Virus record (IMG/VR): IMGVR_UViG_3300010352_002076
From: an uncultured virus (IMG/VR IMGVR_UViG_3300010352_002076)
Taxonomy: Duplodnaviria; Heunggongvirae; Uroviricota; Caudoviricetes
Strand: one strand, 5' to 3'
DNA: 64,000 bases
Shown here piece after piece: positions 16,828 to 26,877 of the stretch (position 1 is the stretch's first letter; every line of letters begins with the position of its first letter). The translations under genes and the position numbers were made by a program. Under the pieces are notes generated by a model. That model worked only from the letters and a program-made list of their open reading frames with translations, did not search any database and was not told the origin of the DNA.

Positions 16828-17624
16828 CCGACGAGAACCTTGAAGTTGGGGTAATCCTTGGTGAACACCTCCCAGCACCACCCATTGCCAACCTCATAGA
16901 GCGCTTGCTGACCCTGGGTGGTTTCGTAGGTGCTGGGCAGGATCTCGACGAGTTCACCGCCGTTGTCAGCACAGTACTGCGTCGCGACGACACAGTGACC
17001 ATCCTGATTCGTGGTAATCACGAGCTGATCCACGCCGGCCAGGCTCTCCTTGTCCTGGGCGTTCTGCCATTCCACGATGGCCGCGATGCCCTTCAGGTCG
17101 AACAGGGGGCAGGCCCAGCCGTTCCAGCGGGACCCATTGTCGAAGCCCCGGATCCCGAGGTCGTAGGTGTTCTGTTCGTACCCGAACCACTCCCCGGTGA
17201 AGATGGCCGGGGTGCAGATCGCGGTGCCAAGATCGACGCCGTAGTCGTCGAACGCGGCGTGGGCCCGGAGCTTGCTGGGACCCTCAGGGATCGCTGCGTA
17301 GGCTGCCTTGGCGAGTTCACGATGGGAATCGCTGAACGCGAGACGTGGGCCCCCGTGCTTGAAGCAGGTCTCGAAGATGGCGAAGAGGCGGGCCTCGGGG
17401 TCCGTGAGACCGCTGTAGTCCCGGACCTCGACCTGGGTCCCCTTGGTGGCCCCGTAGGCGACCTGGGCGTGGGCCCCAGGGAACTGGGTCGGGATCCCCT
17501 TGAAGGCGTCGGCGAAGTTGACGCTGAAGAGCGCCTTCCTGGCGTTGTCGTGGGCCTCGGAGATATCCGCGGCGTCGATGTGGATCTGAACCGTCAGTGC
17601 GGTCTCGATGCGGAAGCGTGGCAT
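16824..17624 (-). CDS. Hypothetical protein with WNGW motif
   Basis: AAGGAG RBS; RWNGWACPLF...LYEVG.GWCW. Confidence 0.8.
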   Translation of the reverse strand: MPRFRIETALTVQIHIDAADISEAHDNARKALFSVNFADAFKGIPTQFPGAHAQVAYGATKGTQVEVRDYSGLTDPEARLFAIFETCFKHGGPRLAFSDSHRELAKAAYAAIPEGPSKLRAHAAFDDYGVDLGTAICTPAIFTGEWFGYEQNTYDLGIRGFDNGSRWNGWACPLFDLKGIAAIVEWQNAQDKESLAGVDQLVITTNQDGHCVVATQYCADNGGELVEILPSTYETTQGQQALYEVGNGWCWEVFTKDYPNFKVLVG

Positions 17625-17628
17625 ATGT

Positions 17629-18363
17629 TTACTCCTTGATCACGGCCTGGTTCCACCGCTTTCGCTGGTAGGTCCGGCTGAGATCTGTGATGATACGATT
17701 GACGGCCAAGTAGGCCTGGTCAGCGACGTCATACTGCTCAGTGGTATAGAGTTTTCCGTTTCGCATCACCTTACCAAAGAACTTACCGTTGCCTGCCTGC
17801 AACACATTACGAAACCCGGAAGCGGCCTGTCGGACGGGGCTCACGACCTCTTCCGTGCTCTCTGGGAAGTTCAACTTAGCGAACTCTCCATAAAACTTTC
17901 GGGCCTGCGTGTCGTACGCTTTTCCTGCGTCCTCCTCCCGCACAAACCGCCCCAGGTAAACGCCGTGGCAAGCGGCCTGCCACTTCCGTGTTGCGGCTAC
18001 CCACGTGACCCCGAGATACTGGGAGTGAGGGCGTTGGCGCCCCTTTGTACCTCTACTCCATTTACTTTTAGAGCGGTTCGCCGCGTTCTGCGTCGGAGTC
18101 GCTATGCGAAGATTGTACCTGCGATTATTTCTCGTGTCGTTGTCTTTATGATCCACGAAGACGTCGGGGGCTGCGTTCAACAAATAGCGAGACAACATCG
18201 CGGTCTCGGTGACGGGGCCGCGAACACGATGCAGGGTGACGTACCGCTGTCCGGATCCGTTGGCCCGCTCCCCGAACCCCCACCCCTCCGCAAGAAGACG
18301 TGCAAGATCGTCGGGGTCGAGCAGGACGTCTGGCGGAGGGGAGGGCTTATAGGCGTTGCGCAT
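17629..18363 (-). CDS. HNH homing endonuclease with AP2 DNA-binding domain(s)
   Basis: VDHKDNDTRNNRRYNL (HNH); SQYLGVTW...YLGRF..EEDAGKAYD...GEFAKLNFP (AP2); lower GC than flanks. Confidence 0.9.
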   Translation of the reverse strand: MRNAYKPSPPPDVLLDPDDLARLLAEGWGFGERANGSGQRYVTLHRVRGPVTETAMLSRYLLNAAPDVFVDHKDNDTRNNRRYNLRIATPTQNAANRSKSKWSRGTKGRQRPHSQYLGVTWVAATRKWQAACHGVYLGRFVREEDAGKAYDTQARKFYGEFAKLNFPESTEEVVSPVRQAASGFRNVLQAGNGKFFGKVMRNGKLYTTEQYDVADQAYLAVNRIITDLSRTYQRKRWNQAVIKE

Positions 18364-18405
18364 GTATAAATACTATAGCAGCGCACACCGAAGCAATACT
18401 TACGG

Positions 18406-19011
18406 TCACTCCGCTCCGAACACTGCCTTAGCCTTCTCGATCAAGACGGCCTGGATGGCCTGCGCCAGCGGGGCGATGTCGGGGTGCGCCGGTGGGCTCT
18501 TGGCCCGGAGATCAATGAAGTTCAGCCAGGACCGGAAGTTCATGGTCACCGCGATGTCGGTCTTGGTGCAGGTCGGCAGGACCGACCGGGCGCGCTGCGG
18601 CGTTGAGCCGAGCTCGAGCATGCGAAGGTAGTGACGCTCGGCGTCGGTCACGGCCGCGAGCCATTCCACGGCTTCCTCGTGGGCCATGCCACTGGGCTGG
18701 ATCACGAAGATCTCGCCGTTCTTCTTGCCGTAGTTGCAATACCGCGTGGACTCCTGGGAGTAGCTCGCGATGCGGTGCCGGACGATCTCGTGGCTGATGC
18801 CACGGTCCGTGCGGATGAAGAAGGTCGCCACGGCGTGCTCGATGACCGAGATGTGCTTCTTGCTCTTGAGCATCTTGATGAACTTCTCATCAGAGCCCGG
18901 ACACATCTTGTCTTCCGACTTCCAACAGATCCGGCCACAGCGCTCCAGGAGTTCCTGGGCGTTCGGGGTAATGGACCAGAGTTCGACTGAGGGTTCGAGG
19001 ATAGTAGGCAT
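18406..19011 (-). CDS. thyX: FAD-dependent thymidylate synthase
   Basis: H.SVIEH, RGISHEIVRHRIASYSQESTRY, ARSVLP, NFRSW..FI.LR. Confidence 0.97.
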   Translation of the reverse strand: MPTILEPSVELWSITPNAQELLERCGRICWKSEDKMCPGSDEKFIKMLKSKKHISVIEHAVATFFIRTDRGISHEIVRHRIASYSQESTRYCNYGKKNGEIFVIQPSGMAHEEAVEWLAAVTDAERHYLRMLELGSTPQRARSVLPTCTKTDIAVTMNFRSWLNFIDLRAKSPPAHPDIAPLAQAIQAVLIEKAKAVFGAE

Positions 19012-19316
19012 TACTGCTTCTCCAGCTTGGGTGCGGGTTTGGGTTTGAGTTCGATGATGCCGGCGTCCTGCACGGCGAGGTAGTCCGCGTTGGTGTCGGG
19101 GTCCCGGAGAACCAGGTAGAACCTGCTGCCGGTTCCATCGGAGGTGCTGATGAGCCCCGAGGTGACCCGGATCACGGTGCGGTCACCGACGACATCCGGG
19201 GTTACCGTGGCCGCCGAACAGGACGTCACGACAACTGCAGTGACCAGGAGCAGCCCCATAATCAGGACTGCAGTGAGCAAGCCACCAAGAGCGGGATGCA
19301 ACGCACTGAGCTTCAC
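19011..19316 (-). CDS. Putative lipoprotein/membrane protein
   Basis: GTGA-coupled start; hydrophobic stretch ending VVTSC. Confidence 0.6.
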   Translation of the reverse strand: MKLSALHPALGGLLTAVLIMGLLLVTAVVVTSCSAATVTPDVVGDRTVIRVTSGLISTSDGTGSRFYLVLRDPDTNADYLAVQDAGIIELKPKPAPKLEKQ

Positions 19317-20005
19317 GGCTTGATCCTGAGGCCGGAGCTCCAGTAGTCCGGGAGCCCCTGCAGGATCTGGTCGACGACCTGTTCCTGGGTCGAGCAAGTC
19401 ACGTCGAGGCGGTGCATCGTGACGCCGTGCTTCGTGATGTCGACGAGCCCCTGGGCCTTCTCGTAGCCGAGGTCCAGCATGTCGAAGAACTCCGGTGGCT
19501 TCGACTCGAAGCGATCCTTGCCGCGGTCCCCGGCGAGCCGGAGCCTGGCCTGGCGGATCGCCCGGGATGCCGTCAGGAAGCAGTAATGGATCCGGATCGT
19601 GAGCGGGACGTACTTCTCGAGGAGGTACTTGGCCGTGCTCAGGATGATGTCCTGGGGGATCCCCATGCCGTAGCCCTGGTAGGCCAGCGTGCTGGGCCAG
19701 AGCCGGTCCATGATCACGGTGTTGCCGTACTCGACGAGCTGGCGGTTCGCGTAGGCCAGGAGCTCGGCCCGGGCCGCGAGGAAGCCGAAGAAGATGGCAT
19801 CCGGGCAGGCCTTCTGGTCGGGGTCCAGAAGGAGATGCCGGAGCTTCTCGCCGAGGTCGGTGAAGCCGGGGTCCCGGAGCACGATCGCCTTCTGGTCGAC
19901 TTTCTGCTCGTCGTATTGGGTCTGGATCAGCTTCTGGAGGTTCGACGCTGCGGTGCTCTTGCCCACACAATCCGGGCCTTCGAGAATGATGAGTTTTGCA
20001 GTCAT
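19313..20005 (-). CDS. tmk: Thymidylate kinase
   Basis: LEGPDCVGKST P-loop, RDPG, VIMDRLWPSTLAYQG, DRFE. Confidence 0.95.
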   Translation of the reverse strand: MTAKLIILEGPDCVGKSTAASNLQKLIQTQYDEQKVDQKAIVLRDPGFTDLGEKLRHLLLDPDQKACPDAIFFGFLAARAELLAYANRQLVEYGNTVIMDRLWPSTLAYQGYGMGIPQDIILSTAKYLLEKYVPLTIRIHYCFLTASRAIRQARLRLAGDRGKDRFESKPPEFFDMLDLGYEKAQGLVDITKHGVTMHRLDVTCSTQEQVVDQILQGLPDYWSSGLRIKP

Positions 20006-20637
20006 GGGTGTTCCTTGATGACCGGGTTGAAGGGATGGAAAAGTTCAGGAGGGCGTACGCCCCGTTTGTACCGTGCCAACATAGTTTGTTTCCGGATGCC
20101 TAAGATCTCAGCCACACGCCACAGATACATCTCAGTCCCTTGGTAGACGACTCGATAGCAGTTGGTGCGATTGCGTGCCTGCTCCGCCAACGGAATCCAG
20201 CAGCAGTTCTCTGGTTCGTAGCCCTTGGTGTTGTCCTTGCGCTCCAGCGACAGTCCGGCCTTCCACGTCGGGCCCATGTCCGCCGCGAACGTGCTGAAAT
20301 CTCGCCACTGCTCGCAAACTTTCACACCTCGTGAAACGTAGTCAGGGTCACTAACACACCGCGCATTCATCGACTTCCACTTACGGTAGAGCGGGGTCCC
20401 GTGCTGGCCGTGCGACAACTTGAACGCCCGTGCGCGCTCGACTCGCTGCTGGCGCCCCACGCATCCACACGAGATGTAGTCACCTCTGCGAAGATCTTTT
20501 CCGCGTGCGCTGAACGTGCCGTGGCAGGCGTTACAGCGGCAGGACCAGTACCGGTCACCTCCCTGCGCATACCCGCCCATGGCGAGCACCGTGATGTGAC
20601 CGACGGTCCGACCGACCATGTTGATGAACTTTGGCAT
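20002..20637 (-). CDS. HNH-type homing endonuclease
   Basis: WSCRC...SCGC...WKSM..RC...Y..RG..VC..W..F..F..DMG...SLERKDN..GY.P.NC.W. Confidence 0.85.
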   Translation of the reverse strand: MPKFINMVGRTVGHITVLAMGGYAQGGDRYWSCRCNACHGTFSARGKDLRRGDYISCGCVGRQQRVERARAFKLSHGQHGTPLYRKWKSMNARCVSDPDYVSRGVKVCEQWRDFSTFAADMGPTWKAGLSLERKDNTKGYEPENCCWIPLAEQARNRTNCYRVVYQGTEMYLWRVAEILGIRKQTMLARYKRGVRPPELFHPFNPVIKEHP

Positions 20638-20671
20638 GCGTAGAAGGTCCTGATGGACTACCTCTTGTCAA

Positions 20672-21073
20672 CTAGGATTCCTGGTACTCCGATTCGTGGT
20701 TGATGGGGTAGGTCTGAAGCTGCTTCACGGTCTTCGCGGCCAAGATGGCGGACCGCAGCGTCACCGTGAAGGGGCTCCGGTGCCGGGGCACATAGCCGAA
20801 CGGCTTGTTGCGGTACGCGATTGTCTCCGGCCGGGAGAACATCGTAAACGAGATCACGGTTCCATAGCTGGAGATCGTGTCCACGGCGAAGCGCCGTAAC
20901 CGGGGCTGCTCGCCGAGCGTAGCCCGCAGGATGCTCTGAAGGAGCGTGGGCTCCGTGGTGCTCTGGAGCCAGGCCTCCGCGATCTCAGAGATCAGACCCG
21001 AGGTCAGGGGGCCCGCGCACGGCATCACCACGGTCCCCGGGGACTTGTTGGACGTAATCGTGAGGATCTGCAT
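20672..21073 (-). CDS. Hypothetical protein
   Basis: Start adjusted to MQILTI. Confidence 0.55.
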   Translation of the reverse strand: MQILTITSNKSPGTVVMPCAGPLTSGLISEIAEAWLQSTTEPTLLQSILRATLGEQPRLRRFAVDTISSYGTVISFTMFSRPETIAYRNKPFGYVPRHRSPFTVTLRSAILAAKTVKQLQTYPINHESEYQES

Positions 21074-21078
21074 ATATG

Positions 21079-21111
21079 ACAACACCCAGGGAGATCATCC
21101 CTGGGTGTTGT
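21079..21111. terminator. Strong hairpin (terminator or RBS-occluding structure)
   Basis: Perfect 14-bp stem ACAACACCCAGGGA/TCCCTGGGTGTTGT; no clear U-tract on the minus strand. Confidence 0.55.
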
Positions 21112-21133
21112 GCTCCTTTCAAGCCGGGGTGGC

Positions 21134-21670
21134 TTACTTCGCGGCCGCGTCGGCCGGGGTTTCCTCTTCGTCAGCGGTGCCGATGGTGGCGCCGATGAGC
21201 CCGGTCAGTGCATCCACCGGGGGCTTCTCCTCGGCGTAGAGGTAGCCACGGGCCACGAGGACGAGGTTCACGGAGCCGTCGGGGAACGTGAGCTCCAGGG
21301 TACCGGGCTCCACGAAGCGGAACGCGCCGCCGGCCTGGAGATCCGACTCGGCGACCTCGATGTTCTTGAGGTACCGGGTGCTGGCCTTGATGGCGCCGTA
21401 GCGGGCGAAGCGCTTCGGCTGCACCGAGGTATCCGGGACCAGGGCGTTCAGGGCGCCCTGGGGAGCGCGGCTCTCGGTGCACAGGGAGCCATGGACCACG
21501 GCGAGGATCGAGGTCTCGCCGGAAGCCAGGGTGAGCGCGAAGAGGCTCGGGCTCAGGGGGTTGAACTTGCCCTGGGCCAGGGCGGGCTTGTCGGCAGCGA
21601 CGTCGATGACGGCGCCGTGACGGGTCCCGGGGCGGACAGTGGAGAACTTGACGAAGGAACGGGTGGTCAC
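21134..21670 (-). CDS. Hypothetical protein
   Basis: CAGGAG RBS before GTG; between promoter motif and hairpin. Confidence 0.75.
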   Translation of the reverse strand: MTTRSFVKFSTVRPGTRHGAVIDVAADKPALAQGKFNPLSPSLFALTLASGETSILAVVHGSLCTESRAPQGALNALVPDTSVQPKRFARYGAIKASTRYLKNIEVAESDLQAGGAFRFVEPGTLELTFPDGSVNLVLVARGYLYAEEKPPVDALTGLIGATIGTADEEETPADAAAK

Positions 21671-21711
21671 GGTGGACTCCTGTTGGGGTTGTGATGGAGT
21701 CATAGACTGAC

Positions 21712-21726
21712 TTGACTGAACGTCAA
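21712..21726 (-). promoter_or_regulatory. TTGAC-N5-GTCAA promoter/operator
   Basis: Plus strand TTGACTGAACGTCAA; TTGA supplies ruvA stop; TATGAC follows on the minus strand. Confidence 0.75.
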
Positions 21727-22304
21727 GTGCCTCGTTGAGCGAGCACTGCTTTCAGGACATCCTGGGCGTCCACGTTGGGGCAGGTCTTGCAGAGCTTCTC
21801 CGTGAGCTCGGTGTGGGCTGCGGTGACCTCGATGCCCAGGGCTCGCAGCGCGTTCTGGACGACCTTGATCCGGGGGTCACAGCCAGCGACGACGTCGCCG
21901 AGCTTCCCCTTCAGATTGGCGATGATCGAGGACGCCCCCTTGGCCCCGAGCCCCTTGACAGCCTTGGCCAGGCCGGCCTCGTCGCCATTCTTGATCATGG
22001 CCACGGTGCCATCGTGGCCCAGGGTGGTCACGATGCGGTGAGCCGTGCCGGCGCCGATGCGCTGCGTCGTCGCGACGAGTTCCGCCAGGAACCGCTCCTC
22101 CGCGATGTCGAAGGCGTAGAGCTTCTGGTCGTCCTGGGAAATCACGTGCCAGATGAAGAACCCAGCCGTGGGGATCCCGGTGAGATGGCACCCCACGGGG
22201 AGAATGACGCAGTACCCGACGCCTTGGCCGTCGCCGATCTTGGGAGTGATAACGGCCCGCCCACCGTGGACAGCGTCCACGTGGCCTCTGAGATATCCTA
22301 TCAT
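21723..22304 (-). CDS. ruvA: Holliday junction branch migration protein RuvA
   Basis: MIGYLRG, GVGY, HVISQDDQKLYAF...EER, two HhH motifs (RIGAGTA, VKGLGAKGA..II.NLKGK), domain III ALRALG. Confidence 0.9.
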   Translation of the reverse strand: MIGYLRGHVDAVHGGRAVITPKIGDGQGVGYCVILPVGCHLTGIPTAGFFIWHVISQDDQKLYAFDIAEERFLAELVATTQRIGAGTAHRIVTTLGHDGTVAMIKNGDEAGLAKAVKGLGAKGASSIIANLKGKLGDVVAGCDPRIKVVQNALRALGIEVTAAHTELTEKLCKTCPNVDAQDVLKAVLAQRGT

Positions 22305-22310
22305 GATGTC

Positions 22311-22499
22311 CTATCTGGTGTCGTCGGGGAGATCCGGGTCTTCACCCTCGATCTCCGCCTTGGTTTGCTTCCAGAGCTCCGAGAGATCGTCCTCATCGTA
22401 GCGGCGCGCATATTCTGCGTTTACAAGCTCAGTAAAAGTTTCGAGATCTTCACACCCAGAGTCCATGACCAGTTCGATGGCCTGCGTCAGACTGATCAT
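22311..22499 (-). CDS. Small acidic protein
   Basis: Start MISLTQ; D/E rich. Confidence 0.6.
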   Translation of the reverse strand: MISLTQAIELVMDSGCEDLETFTELVNAEYARRYDEDDLSELWKQTKAEIEGEDPDLPDDTR

Positions 22500-22509
22500 A
22501 CCGCCTTGT

Positions 22510-23166
22510 TTAGCTGACCGGGGGCTTCCGTCTAGCCTCGCACCTCTTGAACGCCTCAACCAAGCCATAACGCTTCAGCGCCCATTGAAGAGAGCTAGGC
22601 GCAATACCGAACTCACGCGCCCATCCTGAGTGGTGTAGCCGTCGTCCATCTGCAGGGTGAGTCAGGAACACATTACGCCGCGTATTCCGGCCCTGCTCCG
22701 ATACCGTAGCCCACCGGCAGTTCTCTGGGCTGTACCCTTTGTCATTGTCCTTTCGCTCGATCGTGAGGCCGTTACTGGGACCCATGTCGGCTAGGAACTT
22801 CGTGAAGTCGTGCCACTCCGCGCAGACGGAGATGCCACGCCCGCCATACTTATGGTAGCTTCCATGGTGAGGATTCTCACACCGGGCGATCATCCCCTCC
22901 CATACAGCATATTGAGACGTCTTAGACCGCCCATGTCGGGTGTGTTTTGCAGCTGACGCTTTTCGACCACATGCGACGCACTGCGAAGAGCGCCCCATGG
23001 TCAGCGCGTTGACCCCTACTACCCCGGCCGCTCCGCAGGCGCATCTGACGTTCCAGTACCTGCGGAGCTTGCCATGCTTGCCGCGCACGGAGGGAGCCGG
23101 GCTAAGAACGGTCCACTTGCCGAACACCTGGTTGGTCAACTCCAGAGCTGGGATGGGTGTTGCCAT
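22510..23166 (-). CDS. HNH-type homing endonuclease
   Basis: WNVRCACG...W.GM..RC...YGGRGISVC.EW..F..FLADMG...TIERKDNDKGYSPENCRW; AGGAG RBS. Confidence 0.85.
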   Translation of the reverse strand: MATPIPALELTNQVFGKWTVLSPAPSVRGKHGKLRRYWNVRCACGAAGVVGVNALTMGRSSQCVACGRKASAAKHTRHGRSKTSQYAVWEGMIARCENPHHGSYHKYGGRGISVCAEWHDFTKFLADMGPSNGLTIERKDNDKGYSPENCRWATVSEQGRNTRRNVFLTHPADGRRLHHSGWAREFGIAPSSLQWALKRYGLVEAFKRCEARRKPPVS

Positions 23167-23214
23167 GCTGGTCTCCTAACCCCAACCTAGAGAGTTTACA
23201 GAACCGAGCAACGG

Positions 23215-23826
23215 CTAGTTGAACGTACGTCTTCCCGAACCGGTGCAGTTGGCCAGCCCCGGCCTGCTCACGAGATCGCCGCGAAGCCAGTCGAACCCGT
23301 GCGAGCCGATTTTGTTGATCGGTACCTCCAACAACCGTAGCAGGTTGTCCTCGACCCAGGGGACCACGAGCTGGGCAGCCTCCTTGGCGATCTCTTCGGT
23401 GTCGGCGTCGATCTGGAACACAGGGGCGCTGTGGCCACCGTGCACGGCATCCGTGACGAACCAGGGCTCCCAGGGAGGCTTGCAGCCGTTGCTCCGGAGC
23501 TCCTGCCAGAACCCCTCACTCTGGAACCCGGCGCAGGCCACGTAGTAGCAGACGTTCCAGGGGTAACCCCGGAACGCCTCGATCTCTTCGCCGGTGACCT
23601 CAGGCATGTCTGAGATCTCGACTGCCATATAGATCGGTCCCGGGGAGTCCGGCCCGCTCCACCAGGTCCTGGGCACCTCGACCTTCAGGGGGCGTCCCAG
23701 CACGAAGAGCTCGGAGCCGGAGCCCCCGGACAGGTAGGTCTCCAGACGGAGCCCGGGGTCCGCGGGGATCTTGCGGGCGTTGCTGTCCGGGACCCGGCCG
23801 TAGTGGGAACTGACGCGCCAACTCAC
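23215..23826 (-). CDS. Hypothetical protein
   Basis: GTGA coupling. Confidence 0.7.
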   Translation of the reverse strand: MSWRVSSHYGRVPDSNARKIPADPGLRLETYLSGGSGSELFVLGRPLKVEVPRTWWSGPDSPGPIYMAVEISDMPEVTGEEIEAFRGYPWNVCYYVACAGFQSEGFWQELRSNGCKPPWEPWFVTDAVHGGHSAPVFQIDADTEEIAKEAAQLVVPWVEDNLLRLLEVPINKIGSHGFDWLRGDLVSRPGLANCTGSGRRTFN

Positions 23827-24542
23827 TGCGGGTCCTTCTTCTCGAACATCGAGGAATCGATGACATCCGGGAGGACCTTGGGCTGCAGGGCCAGGATCAG
23901 GGGGACCTGGTAGCCCGTCACAGTGGCCTGGAGCACGGTGGCGTCATCGGGGACATCGATGTTGATGACGACGAGGCGGTGCAGCGGGAACCGGATCTCG
24001 GGGTTCCGGCGGTACAGGCACGAGATCACGATATCACGGAACATGGCGTGGACCACGGCGTAGAAGACGCACTGGATCACGGGGACCGGGAACGACGGGC
24101 TCCGCATGGAGCCCAGGACCTCGCCGAAGCGATGGCTGTAGTTCGCGGCGCGCTGCAGCGTGGTCTCCCCGGCCTGCTTCTCCATGACATCCATGATGTC
24201 GTAGGCGCTGAGCATGGTGGCGTCGAGCTGGCGATCGAAGGTCCGCATCCGGGCCGCGAAGACTTCGACGGCCGCCTTGTGGAACTGGATCGCGCTGATC
24301 GCAGGGGGCCCCTCCGCCTTCACCACGGGGCCCGTGGTCTCCGCGACGCAGCGGTCCCGGATCTCATAGAAGGTCTCCTGGAGGCCCTCGGTCCGCTGGG
24401 GATCCACGAGGGCTGTGAAGAGGTCACGGAACCCGAAGATGGCGCGGACCTCTTTCTGGGCCACGGCGTCGAGTTCGATGGTCCCCAAAGGGCAGAGTTG
24501 CTGGAGCTGCGCCAGCGTAGGGATCCCGTTTTGTCCGGTCAT
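23823..24542 (-). CDS. Hypothetical protein
   Basis: ATGA coupling. Confidence 0.75.
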   Translation of the reverse strand: MTGQNGIPTLAQLQQLCPLGTIELDAVAQKEVRAIFGFRDLFTALVDPQRTEGLQETFYEIRDRCVAETTGPVVKAEGPPAISAIQFHKAAVEVFAARMRTFDRQLDATMLSAYDIMDVMEKQAGETTLQRAANYSHRFGEVLGSMRSPSFPVPVIQCVFYAVVHAMFRDIVISCLYRRNPEIRFPLHRLVVINIDVPDDATVLQATVTGYQVPLILALQPKVLPDVIDSSMFEKKDPQ

Positions 24543-24730
24543 GGAGCTACCTTGATGTTGAGGATCTGACGGTCCTTGATGCCGATGAGCACGGCGTGGT
24601 CCTGTGACTGCACCGCAGCCTCCAGGGCAGCCGCCTTGATGCCCTCGACGGAGGTTTCCTCGGGGACCTCGATCTCGACGGTGCGTTTCTCATGGACGAC
24701 CTCGAGGATATCCACGGTGAACTTGATCAT
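24539..24730 (-). CDS. Small hypothetical protein
   Basis: AAGGAG RBS, ATGA coupling. Confidence 0.7.
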   Translation of the reverse strand: MIKFTVDILEVVHEKRTVEIEVPEETSVEGIKAAALEAAVQSQDHAVLIGIKDRQILNIKVAP

Positions 24731-25977
24731 GGCTTCTCCTTTCTGTCGTAGTTGGTGCGGTCCTTGACCATGGAGATGAAGCGCTCCGCGGACTCCCTGG
24801 TGTCGCCCATGCGGGCGCAGTCATTCCAGATCGTGGCGAGGTGGCGGAGCACGGGATCCTTCTTGATGGGCAAGTTGCCATCGAAGGTGAACTCCGGGAT
24901 CGCGGCGAGGCGCTCCCGGAGGAACTTCTTGAGACTGATGGTCTCCTGGGTGCGCCCGTTGTCCTTGTAGGTCACGGGGTCCCCGGTGGTCGTGATCACG
25001 ACGCAGTCCTGTTCCCGGCGCACCGCTTCCGCGATGAGCTCCACGATGAAGTGGCGCAACGCCCTGCAGGCCCGGTTCAGCTCCGGGACCAGTTCGCAGT
25101 TCTCGTTGGAGTCCGCGGCGAACTCCACGGGGTCCGTCCAGCCCATCACCTTGGTGGGGAAGTGCGTCGGCTTCATGGCTGCGTTGCAGCCATAGATCAC
25201 GAGGACCTTGTCGAGGACGGCGAGCTCGGCGAGCTCATCGGTGATCTCCTCGATGTCATCGCCGAGGTGGCGACCCAGGTTGCCGCGCCACCGGTACATG
25301 ATCTCCTTGGGGCCGCAGTTCTGCTCGAGCCACCATGCCACCATGGCGATGCCGAGGAGATCGGTGTACTGGCCCTGGAAGGCTTCCCACTGCGTCTTGT
25401 AGCCGAACTTGTCGGTGCCGAGTTCGCCCCACACCGAGTTATCCAAGGTCTCCTTGCTGAGATCCCAGAACCCGTTCTCCCAGTCCGTGTACAGGTAGAC
25501 CGTGTGGCTCTGGCTGAACTGGTGCCAGTTCGGGTCGAGGCGGGCGCGCTGCCCGGGGTCCCGGGGTGATCTCCGGGTCCCGAAATGGTCCATGAACCCG
25601 CTGAAGAACTTCTTGTGCTCCTGATCCAACGGGGACTCGAACTCGAAGACGCCCTCCATGCACTCCCGCTGGGCCTCACCGAGGAGGTCATAGTAGGCCT
25701 CGTTGTGCCGGCCACCGCGGCAGTCGTCCTGGACATCCGGGTAACCCTCGGGGCCCTCCTGGAAGCTCAGGGCGTAGACCTTGGGGCCATAACCCCGCCC
25801 CGGGCAGATCGTGTCGAGATCCGCGGTGCAGCTCTCGATGAACTCCTTGGTGGCAGCGTTGAGGACCCCGTTGGCGTCGGCACCGAAGCCCAGGGTGTGC
25901 AGGAAGGTCTCCGTGACGGGTCCGCGCTTCGGGAGCCACGGCGCCAGGCTGTCGTACTTCTCGATGATGAGTCTCAC
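24727..25977 (-). CDS. Acidic hypothetical protein (416 aa)
   Basis: Long ORF, coupled at both ends. Confidence 0.85.
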   Translation of the reverse strand: MRLIIEKYDSLAPWLPKRGPVTETFLHTLGFGADANGVLNAATKEFIESCTADLDTICPGRGYGPKVYALSFQEGPEGYPDVQDDCRGGRHNEAYYDLLGEAQRECMEGVFEFESPLDQEHKKFFSGFMDHFGTRRSPRDPGQRARLDPNWHQFSQSHTVYLYTDWENGFWDLSKETLDNSVWGELGTDKFGYKTQWEAFQGQYTDLLGIAMVAWWLEQNCGPKEIMYRWRGNLGRHLGDDIEEITDELAELAVLDKVLVIYGCNAAMKPTHFPTKVMGWTDPVEFAADSNENCELVPELNRACRALRHFIVELIAEAVRREQDCVVITTTGDPVTYKDNGRTQETISLKKFLRERLAAIPEFTFDGNLPIKKDPVLRHLATIWNDCARMGDTRESAERFISMVKDRTNYDRKEKP

Positions 25978-26507
25978 TTGTCGACCTCGCGATCCACGAT
26001 GGAGCCATCACTGAAGTAGATCCGGGCGATGAGCTCGACCTTGGTGACATAAGGAGCGACGAGCCCCTTGAGTTCGAGGGCCCCGGGCGTGGCCTGTGCG
26101 GCGCCGTCGCAGGGGGCACCCACGATGGAGGCGTAGAACGGATTCAGGATCCGGCACGCCTTCTCGATGACGTCGTCGGCGTCCTGCTCGAAGCGGGACT
26201 GATCGGCTTCAGCGTTGGTCCAGTTGACACCGTAGCAGTGCCTGGCCTTCTCGAAGGGGACCTCACAGAGGAACTTCCACTCCGAAGAGACCTCATCGAA
26301 ACTCTGCGCCTTGCAGAAGCTCTGCTGATCGTAGGCGTTCCGGGTCACCATGACCCGGATCTTGCGGCCGCAAAGGGCCCAGATGGCTTCGTAGCACCAG
26401 GACTGGTCGCGCTTGAAGAGTCGGTGCTCCAGGCGGCCCTGACCCGTGGTGACGCCCTGGGCGTCGGTGAATGAGGGCAGACCCTCCGATGGGATCTTGA
26501 ATGTCAT
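25974..26507 (-). CDS. Hypothetical protein
   Basis: Tiling, GGAG RBS. Confidence 0.75.
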   Translation of the reverse strand: MTFKIPSEGLPSFTDAQGVTTGQGRLEHRLFKRDQSWCYEAIWALCGRKIRVMVTRNAYDQQSFCKAQSFDEVSSEWKFLCEVPFEKARHCYGVNWTNAEADQSRFEQDADDVIEKACRILNPFYASIVGAPCDGAAQATPGALELKGLVAPYVTKVELIARIYFSDGSIVDREVDK

Positions 26508-26508
26508 G

Positions 26509-26874
26509 TCAGTTCTCCAGCTTGAGTTCTTTGATCACGAGGATTCCGAGAGAGCTGATCTTCCAGCCCTGGTAACCATGCTTGATGAACTTCTCCACGA
26601 GGTGCAGCTGCTCCAGCTTGGCGCAGGTCTCCCGCTTCCAGAAGTACCCGTGGTCCCCGTAGTCAGCGACTTCGAGGATGCACTTCTTCATGGCCCGGGA
26701 CCGCTGCAGCGGTCCGAGGTCGACGTAGTAGTCCAGGGCGCCCAGGGCGCCGCCACCGTAGCCGGCTGACGTCATCGCGGCCGCGGGATCCGGGCCTCGA
26801 ACGACCTCGTGCATGCCGACGCTGGTCTTCCAAACCAGGGCGTAGGCGTTCTGTTCATCCTTCTTCTTGGCCAT
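26509..26874 (-). CDS. Hypothetical protein
   Basis: Tiling. Confidence 0.7.
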   Translation of the reverse strand: MAKKKDEQNAYALVWKTSVGMHEVVRGPDPAAAMTSAGYGGGALGALDYYVDLGPLQRSRAMKKCILEVADYGDHGYFWKRETCAKLEQLHLVEKFIKHGYQGWKISSLGILVIKELKLEN

Positions 26875-26877
26875 GTG

